A stretch of 64,000 nt of DNA from Methylophilaceae bacterium (GTDB taxonomy: Bacteria; Pseudomonadota; Gammaproteobacteria; Burkholderiales; Methylophilaceae). Shown piece after piece: positions 58,417 through 64,000 of this stretch. Below the pieces are notes generated by a model that was given only the letters and a program-made list of their open reading frames with translations, was not told the origin of the DNA and did not search any database. Positions within the stretch are counted from its first letter, which is position 1, and each line of letters begins with the position of its first letter. A program made the translations under genes and the position numbers. Location: the NCBI GenBank assembly GCA_965656355.1, contig CBFHKG010000003.1, positions 35,903-99,902 on the forward strand, read 5' to 3'.

Positions 58417-59464
58417 TCATATATATACCTAGAGACAGAAATAAAAAAGAGGGAAGAAGGGAACTTAAAAAGGGTGGCCAGTCATTCAATAAGCCAACAT
58501 GCCTAAACAATGTATTCATAATCTGATAGCCAATTCCGATAGAAATACCAATGAACATTTTTAGGAATTTACCTCCAGATCGTTGTTGTAAAAAACCAAA
58601 GGGAAGAGCAAATAGAATCATGACTATGGGCATCAGTGGGTTAATCAATTTCTCCCATAAGGCAGTTTCATATTTTGAAGACCTTTGATTGTTAATTTTA
58701 AGATAATTAATAAATTTAACTAGATTAAAAATTGACATTTTGTCGGGTGAAATTATCAAAACATTCATCATTTCTGGGCGTATCAATGACTTCCAATTTC
58801 CCTTCTCTATTTTTTCTGTAATGATCTGATTTTCTACAAAATTCTTAACTGTTATTTGAGTTAGATCCCAATTTCCATCATCAAATTTTCCATTTTTTGC
58901 ATCAATAATGGTCCTCAAATTAAATTGATCATCAAACTCATATATATGTATGTTTGACAATGTTGCATCAGGCAGAACATTTTCAATATTTACAAAATTA
59001 TTACCATCTTTCATCCAGAAGCCAGATTTAAATTCCATACTAATTGAGGTATTGGTTGCATTTGTTTTGAGTTGTTGGGCATTTTTTTCACTATTTGGCG
59101 TAATTAAATCTCCAACAGCAAACGTAAGAATGCTAAAAAAAATCGCAATAGGCATTACAGCCCTTGCAATCTGTTTTATTGAAAGGCCGCTAGATCTTAA
59201 AACAATTAATTCTGATTGATGGGACAATTGACCAACGGTATACATTGCACCAATTAATACGGCAGTTGGAATGAGTTTGTAGATATGTCCTGGTATTGTA
59301 AGGAGAACGTAAACGATTGCTTGCGTTACTCCATACTTCTTATCATCTAAATCAGAAATCTCTTGAATAAATTCAAAGAAAGAAAAAAGGCAAATGCCTC
59401 CAAAGAGGAACAAAGTAATTCCTAAAAAAAGTTCTTTATTTAGATACTTAGTGACTTGATTCAT
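58394..59464 (-). CDS. lptG: LPS export ABC permease LptG
   Basis: 356 aa, YjgP/YjgQ-type with 6 TM segments and a periplasmic jellyroll. It overlaps lptF by 4 nt. Confidence 0.85.
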   Translation of the reverse strand: MNQVTKYLNKELFLGITLFLFGGICLFSFFEFIQEISDLDDKKYGVTQAIVYVLLTIPGHIYKLIPTAVLIGAMYTVGQLSHQSELIVLRSSGLSIKQIARAVMPIAIFFSILTFAVGDLITPNSEKNAQQLKTNATNTSISMEFKSGFWMKDGNNFVNIENVLPDATLSNIHIYEFDDQFNLRTIIDAKNGKFDDGNWDLTQITVKNFVENQIITEKIEKGNWKSLIRPEMMNVLIISPDKMSIFNLVKFINYLKINNQRSSKYETALWEKLINPLMPIVMILFALPFGFLQQRSGGKFLKMFIGISIGIGYQIMNTLFRHVGLLNDWPPFLSSLLPSFLFLSLGIYMIMKFERL

Positions 59465-60573
59465 TTATTATTTTTTCTAAAAAAAGTTGGCATTAAATTA
59501 AGATTGTGTGATCTTCTATAAATTAAATAAATAGCAATGCTGAGAAAAATAAAATGTGAAAACCAAGATCCTATCCAAATACTAAGTTGTCCAGTTGCAA
59601 TTAAGCTATTTGAAATACTTACCGCATTATTATAAATAACGAAAAGTAATATTGCGGCGATAATATTTATGGATCTCCCTGACCTAGGATTATTAAAACT
59701 CAATGGAATTGCAATTATTATAAGAATGAATGTAGATATTGGAAGAGAAAGTCTCCAAAGAAACTCCGCTTGAAACTTTTTATTTGATAAGTTGCCTATG
59801 AGTTCGGTTGTTTTTTTTGCCTCCATTTTTGAAACTCTTGCACCTACCGCAGAAAGTGAAGGAATATCTTTTTCAATTAAAATGCCATATTCCTTATATT
59901 TAACTGTAGTGAATTCTTCAGTTTCTCTGCCTCCCTCATATCTTTTTCCATCAAGTAAAACAATATAATTTTCACCTTTCTCATTGGCATACCTCTTTCC
60001 TTTGCTTGAAACCATAACCCCGAGCTTTCCATTCTGGTAAGACTGAATAAAAATATTATTGACGGTATTTCCTAGCTCACTGAATCCCTCTACATATAAA
60101 ATCCGATTATCAGACTTTGATTCTTTAAAAATACCTGGACTAATTGCTGAAAACTCATCACGAGTTTTCAGTCCGTTTTTATATTCTTCGACCTTTTGCA
60201 CTGCCCATGGGCTGACAAGGAAAGAAAGAAAACCAATTAACAAAATAGTAGGAATTGAAAAATAAATAATAGGCTTTATTAGCTTTGACAAACTTAATCC
60301 AGAGCTTAGCCATACGATCATTTCACTATCCTTGTACCATCGGCTGAGAGCCATTAAGATAGTTAAAAATAAAGTAATTGAAAGTAAAAGGGGGAGGTGT
60401 TTTAATAAATTAAAAACTAAAATCGTATCAATCGTGTCATTAGGTATAATACCCTTTGCTGCAAGTCGAAAAACATAGACAATTCTCTGAGCGACGACGA
60501 CTCCTGTAAGAATAAGAATTGTTGATATAGCTGTATAAAATAATTCTTTATTTAGTTTTGTTTTATATAGCAT
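59461..60573 (-). CDS. lptF: LPS export ABC permease LptF
   Basis: 370 aa, YjgP/YjgQ-type. It is divergent from pepA, as in E. coli and many beta- and gammaproteobacteria. Confidence 0.85.
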   Translation of the reverse strand: MLYKTKLNKELFYTAISTILILTGVVVAQRIVYVFRLAAKGIIPNDTIDTILVFNLLKHLPLLLSITLFLTILMALSRWYKDSEMIVWLSSGLSLSKLIKPIIYFSIPTILLIGFLSFLVSPWAVQKVEEYKNGLKTRDEFSAISPGIFKESKSDNRILYVEGFSELGNTVNNIFIQSYQNGKLGVMVSSKGKRYANEKGENYIVLLDGKRYEGGRETEEFTTVKYKEYGILIEKDIPSLSAVGARVSKMEAKKTTELIGNLSNKKFQAEFLWRLSLPISTFILIIIAIPLSFNNPRSGRSINIIAAILLFVIYNNAVSISNSLIATGQLSIWIGSWFSHFIFLSIAIYLIYRRSHNLNLMPTFFRKNNK

Positions 60574-60617
60574 TAATTAAAAGTTTAGTTCTTATAGACA
60601 ACATTAAGGAATGTTAA

Positions 60618-62093
60618 ATGAAATTTCAATTAAAGTCAGATTCAATTTCAAAATTATCCGCTGATATTATCATATTGGCGGTTAATAAAAGCAATCAGCT
60701 ATGCTCATCACTGAGTTTAAGCAAAACTTTGCAAGATGTCCTTAACTTAATAATAAAGTTAGATGACCTCCCTAAAAATACTGGCTCGATAAATATAGAG
60801 CATATGCACGGAGAATTTAAAAGGATATGTTTTGTTCGCATACAAAATCAGGATAGCCTTGATGAAGAAGATCTATTGAAATCAGCAAAAAATATTTTTA
60901 AAAAGTTGAAATCAATTAAATGCGGAACAGTAGTTTTACCGGTCAACCAATTTGTTAATAAAAAAATTAATGAGGGTACTGTAGCCAATCTATTTACAAA
61001 GGCAGCCATAGATGAATCGTATGAAGTTAATTCTCTAAAATCTGATAAAAAAGCCCCAAAAAATAACTACCAAATAAATTTTCAGGCTAACAAGTTGGAT
61101 GGTAGTGCTATTAAATTGGGCATAAAAGAAGGTCACGCTATTGCAGAAGGTATGAATTTAACAAAAGATTTGGGTAATTTACCCCCTAATATCTGCACTC
61201 CTACATATCTTGCAAACCAAGCAAAAAAAATTGCTAAAGATTTTAAGATGAAATCAACAATATTAAGCCAAAAACAGATTGAAAAATTAAAAATGGGTTC
61301 CTTTTTATCGGTTGCAAAAGGAAGCAGATTAGAGCCAAAGTTCATTATCATAGAACACAACAAAGGTAAAAAATCTTCAAAACCTGTTGTGTTAGTTGGT
61401 AAGGGTATTACATTTGACTCAGGTGGCATTTCTCTTAAACCAGGTGCGGCAATGGATGAAATGAAATACGATATGTGTGGTGCTGCAACAGTTTTAGGAG
61501 TTATGAAAACTATTGGTCTTTTGAATTTACCACTTAATGTAGTGGGTTTAATTCCTGCATGTGAAAATATGCCAGATGGGCTTGCGGTTAAGCCAGGTGA
61601 TATTGTCACAAGTATGTCAGGGCAGACAATTGAAATCCTTAACACTGATGCCGAAGGAAGATTGGTCCTGTGTGATGCTTTAACTTATGCAGAGAGATAT
61701 AAACCAGAAACCGTAATTGATATAGCCACACTAACAGGGGCATGTGTTATTGCGCTCGGTCATCATGCATCAGCAGTTTTCAGTAAGAGTGATGAACTTG
61801 CAAATGATTTGCTTGCGGCAGGTAAAAAATCAATTGATAAGGCATGGCGAATGCCACTATGGGATGAGTATCAACCACTTCTTAATAGTAATTTTGCGGA
61901 CATTGCTAATATTGGGGGAAGGGCAGCAGGCAGTATCACTGCAGCATGTTTCTTATCAAGATTTACCAAAAAATATTCATGGGCACATATAGATATTGCG
62001 GGGACTGCATGGAATTCTGGAGCAAATAAAGGTGCTACAGGACGACCAGTCAGTTTATTAAGTCAGTTTTTAATGCATAAGTCTAAGAAATAA
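60618..62093 (+). CDS. pepA: Leucyl aminopeptidase (M17)
   Basis: 491 aa. Contains 'VGKGITFDSGGISLKP', 'MKYDMCGAA' and 'NTDAEGRLVLCD'. Confidence 0.93.
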   Translation: MKFQLKSDSISKLSADIIILAVNKSNQLCSSLSLSKTLQDVLNLIIKLDDLPKNTGSINIEHMHGEFKRICFVRIQNQDSLDEEDLLKSAKNIFKKLKSIKCGTVVLPVNQFVNKKINEGTVANLFTKAAIDESYEVNSLKSDKKAPKNNYQINFQANKLDGSAIKLGIKEGHAIAEGMNLTKDLGNLPPNICTPTYLANQAKKIAKDFKMKSTILSQKQIEKLKMGSFLSVAKGSRLEPKFIIIEHNKGKKSSKPVVLVGKGITFDSGGISLKPGAAMDEMKYDMCGAATVLGVMKTIGLLNLPLNVVGLIPACENMPDGLAVKPGDIVTSMSGQTIEILNTDAEGRLVLCDALTYAERYKPETVIDIATLTGACVIALGHHASAVFSKSDELANDLLAAGKKSIDKAWRMPLWDEYQPLLNSNFADIANIGGRAAGSITAACFLSRFTKKYSWAHIDIAGTAWNSGANKGATGRPVSLLSQFLMHKSKK

Positions 62094-62104
62094 AGCTTAC
62101 GCTT

Positions 62105-62518
62105 TTGACAAATATTAAATTTTTTTTTAACGTCGAAAGTAAAATTAATTTAGTTTTTTCGTTACTTCCAGAGAGGCTAAATAAAAAAAGAAATTCTCTG
62201 ATTTATTGTTCAAATGATATTCAATTAAATCATTTATCAGATAAATTGTGGGGGGATAGCTCTGATAGCTTTTTCCCACACGAAGAAAATAATCATCATA
62301 ATCTTAATAAGATTACTCTAAGCAACAAAAGTATTGAGTGGATGGACGATACTATTATAAATATTTCATCTCAGATGGTTGATGGTTTCAATAGGTACTT
62401 AAATTTGTTTGAAATCGTATCTATTGACGAAGAAGATAAAAAACTAGCTAGAATTAGATTTCAATATTTTAAAGATCGTGGTTACAACATACAGAGCATT
62501 GATGCAAAAAAAGCTTAG
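62105..62518 (+). CDS. holC: DNA polymerase III chi subunit
   Basis: 137 aa with a TTG start. The pepA-holC synteny supports it, and the overall pattern ('F.....E.....A..LF.......I.C') is consistent with HolC. Confidence 0.7.
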   Translation: MTNIKFFFNVESKINLVFSLLPERLNKKRNSLIYCSNDIQLNHLSDKLWGDSSDSFFPHEENNHHNLNKITLSNKSIEWMDDTIINISSQMVDGFNRYLNLFEIVSIDEEDKKLARIRFQYFKDRGYNIQSIDAKKA

Positions 62519-62889
62519 GTTTTGATAAGATCTAAGTATTTGTCTTTTGATAAAAAATCATTTTCCTCAACTTTGCTCATAAACTCCACATGGCAAACCC
62601 ATATGTTGAAAGGGTCTTCATTAATTTTTTCTGGTGAGGACTTAATTTCAGGGTTAATTAAGGTTATTTTTCCATTTTCAGGCGCAATGATATCTGATGC
62701 TGTTTTGACTGACTCAATTGAGCCGAGCGCTTGATTTTTTTTGAACTCAGTATTTTTATTTATTTCAACGTAAACAATATCTCCAAGTAAATCCTGCGCA
62801 AAATCTGTAATCCCTAAAATATAAGAATCCCCATTTGGTTTAAGCCAAATGTGGTGTTTTGAATATATGATGTTGTCTGGATATGTCAT
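62515..62889 (-). CDS. gcvH: Glycine cleavage system H protein (lipoyl carrier)
   Basis: 124 aa. Contains 'YSKHHIWL', 'GITDFAQDLLGDIVYVE' and the lipoyl-lysine motif 'ESVKTASD'. Confidence 0.85.
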   Translation of the reverse strand: MTYPDNIIYSKHHIWLKPNGDSYILGITDFAQDLLGDIVYVEINKNTEFKKNQALGSIESVKTASDIIAPENGKITLINPEIKSSPEKINEDPFNIWVCHVEFMSKVEENDFLSKDKYLDLIKT

Positions 62890-62984
62890 TAAAAACGCTT
62901 CTGCGATTTACAATATACTTTTATATTGTTTTAAAGAAAAAAATGTATAATTCATAGAATTATAAACGAGGATTAAAACTATTT

Positions 62985-63878
62985 ATGAATAAATTTTTAC
63001 GTTTTATATCATCCCTTTTCCTCCTTCTAAGTATTTCGTTTAATTCTCTCTCCGATAATCAGCTTGATAACTTTAATAGCAAGTTTGCAAAATATAAGTC
63101 TGACCCAAAAGTAAGGTCAGCCAAAGCAATGGTTGTAAATCAAAATAATGGCAAAGTAATATACCAAAAGAATGCCTATTCAGAAGCATCGATTGCATCC
63201 CTTACAAAACTAATGACGGCAATGGTCATACTAGATTCTAAAATTGATTTAAAAAGGAAAATTAAAATTACAAAGCATGATATTGATAGACTTAAAGGAA
63301 CGGGCTCAAGAATACCGATAGGTACATTGGTAACTGGATATGACTTACTTAAAATTTCTTTAATGTCCTCAGATAATAGGGCGGCCTCCGCTTTAAGCAG
63401 AGCTTACCCTTCAGGCAAGAAAGGCTTTATAAAAGCAATGAATATAAAAGCACTTAAATTAGGAATGCATAACAGTAAGTTTGCGGATCCTACTGGCTTA
63501 AATAAAAGAAATAAATCTACAGCTAGGGATCTTGTAAGGATGGTAGAAGCTGCTTATCAGTATCCAGAAATTAGAAAAATAACTACAACATCACAAGAGA
63601 CTTTTAGAATAGGCAAAAGAAAAAATGAAATTGGATTTGTAAATACCAATAGGTTGGTTAGGAAGGGTACCTGGGATATTGGTTTATCAAAAACAGGGTT
63701 TACTAGAGACGCGGGTCGATGTTTGGTGATGCAGGCAATGATAAGCAATGAACCAGTTATTATGATCTTTTTGAATTCTTATGGCACATTAACTAGGTTT
63801 GCAGACGCGCAGAGAGTTAAGAAGTGGATAAAGAAAGAATCGATAATGAATAAAATTAGTCAAATATCCGTTTATTAA
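62985..63878 (+). CDS. pbpG: D-alanyl-D-alanine endopeptidase/carboxypeptidase (S11, PBP7/PbpG-like)
   Basis: 297 aa with a signal peptide. Contains SxxK 'ASLTKLMT', SxN 'SDN' and KTG 'SKTGFT'. Confidence 0.8.
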   Translation: MNKFLRFISSLFLLLSISFNSLSDNQLDNFNSKFAKYKSDPKVRSAKAMVVNQNNGKVIYQKNAYSEASIASLTKLMTAMVILDSKIDLKRKIKITKHDIDRLKGTGSRIPIGTLVTGYDLLKISLMSSDNRAASALSRAYPSGKKGFIKAMNIKALKLGMHNSKFADPTGLNKRNKSTARDLVRMVEAAYQYPEIRKITTTSQETFRIGKRKNEIGFVNTNRLVRKGTWDIGLSKTGFTRDAGRCLVMQAMISNEPVIMIFLNSYGTLTRFADAQRVKKWIKKESIMNKISQISVY

Positions 63879-63881
63879 CAA

Positions 63882-64000
63882 TTATTTCTTAGCAGTCTTT
63901 TTCTTAGCAGTCTTTTTCTTGGTGGTCTTTTTCTTTTCTTTCTCTTCTAGTTCTTTCTTTGTAATCAATTGAATGGCTTTTTCAAGCTCAATATTTTCGT
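63882..64000 (-). CDS. 3' end of a gene encoding a lysine-rich, histone-H1-like tail (5' part lies outside the window)
   Basis: Hand translation of the minus strand gives ...ENIELEKAIQLITKKELEEKEKKKTTKKKTAKKKTAKK*. It is too short to appear in the ORF track. Confidence 0.4.
   Translation of the reverse strand, partial: ENIELEKAIQLITKKELEEKEKKKTTKKKTAKKKTAKK
63886..63930. repeat. 3 x 15-bp tandem repeat (TTCTTAGCAGTCTTT x2, TTCTTGGTGGTCTTT) encoding KKKTA/KKKTT units
   Basis: Read directly. Two copies are identical and the third differs at 3 positions. Confidence 0.6.

Noticed and set aside
61133-61645. Long antisense ORFs inside well-supported genes. They include 170 aa opposite pepA, 139 aa opposite phoU (8626-9045), 123 aa opposite moaC (43787-44158), 123 aa opposite the RsmB-like gene (51116-51487), 116 aa opposite ntrY (23485-23835), 112 aa opposite ilvA (10555-10893), and all the other 60-90 aa nested ORFs in the track.
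   Set aside because: Each lies entirely within a gene that has strong family motifs on the other strand. Their translations are low-complexity (Ser/Ile/Phe/Leu-rich), lack ribosome-binding sites and recognisable motifs, and look like frame-shadow ORFs.
1-64000. CRISPR arrays, defence islands, toxin-antitoxin pairs, transposons, prophage, retrons and rRNA genes.
   Set aside because: No spaced direct-repeat arrays, reverse transcriptases, nucleases, transposases or phage structural genes were found. No non-coding gap exceeds about 390 nt, and the larger gaps are accounted for by the two riboswitches and the 6S RNA.

Overview
AT-rich, very compact (almost no intergenic DNA) chromosomal segment made mostly of core housekeeping genes. 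Gene content and synteny (smg-def-fmt-rsmB-DUF4390-ntrY-ntrX; kdsD-lptCAB-rpoN-hpf; lptFG<>pepA-holC; zapB-like-zapA-6S RNA; SAH-riboswitch-ahcY-metF) point by inference to a genome-streamlined betaproteobacterium, possibly a planktonic Methylophilaceae/OM43-like lineage. This cannot be confirmed without a database search. I call about 70 protein genes, including two small ORFs missing from the ORF track and two genes truncated at the window edges. RNA calls are tRNA-Phe(GAA), a 6S RNA, a cobalamin riboswitch upstream of btuB and an SAH riboswitch upstream of ahcY-metF. I see no transposases, phage genes, CRISPR arrays, toxin-antitoxin pairs or recognisable defence systems. XerC is the only recombinase, and it sits in its normal dapF-xerC context. 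The only accessory-looking stretch is a glycosyltransferase/O-antigen-ligase cluster at about 36.0-43.8 kb, which looks more AT-rich than its flanks. The items most worth follow-up are: (1) an unassigned cysteine-free 6-TM protein co-transcribed with btuB under the B12 riboswitch, a candidate inner-membrane B12 importer; (2) an NtrX homologue whose sigma-54 AAA+ module has lost its Walker A, Walker B and GAFTGA motifs while an intact rpoN lies 3 kb away; (3) a tandem trio of small membrane-protein genes next to tRNA-Phe; (4) the glycosylation cluster with a TPR-GT9 fusion, an ELM1/DUF1022-like gene and an orphan GT9-like gene; (5) a beta-propeller lipoprotein with a poly-Asp insertion. None of these is demonstrably a new system from sequence alone, and all functional proposals are inference.
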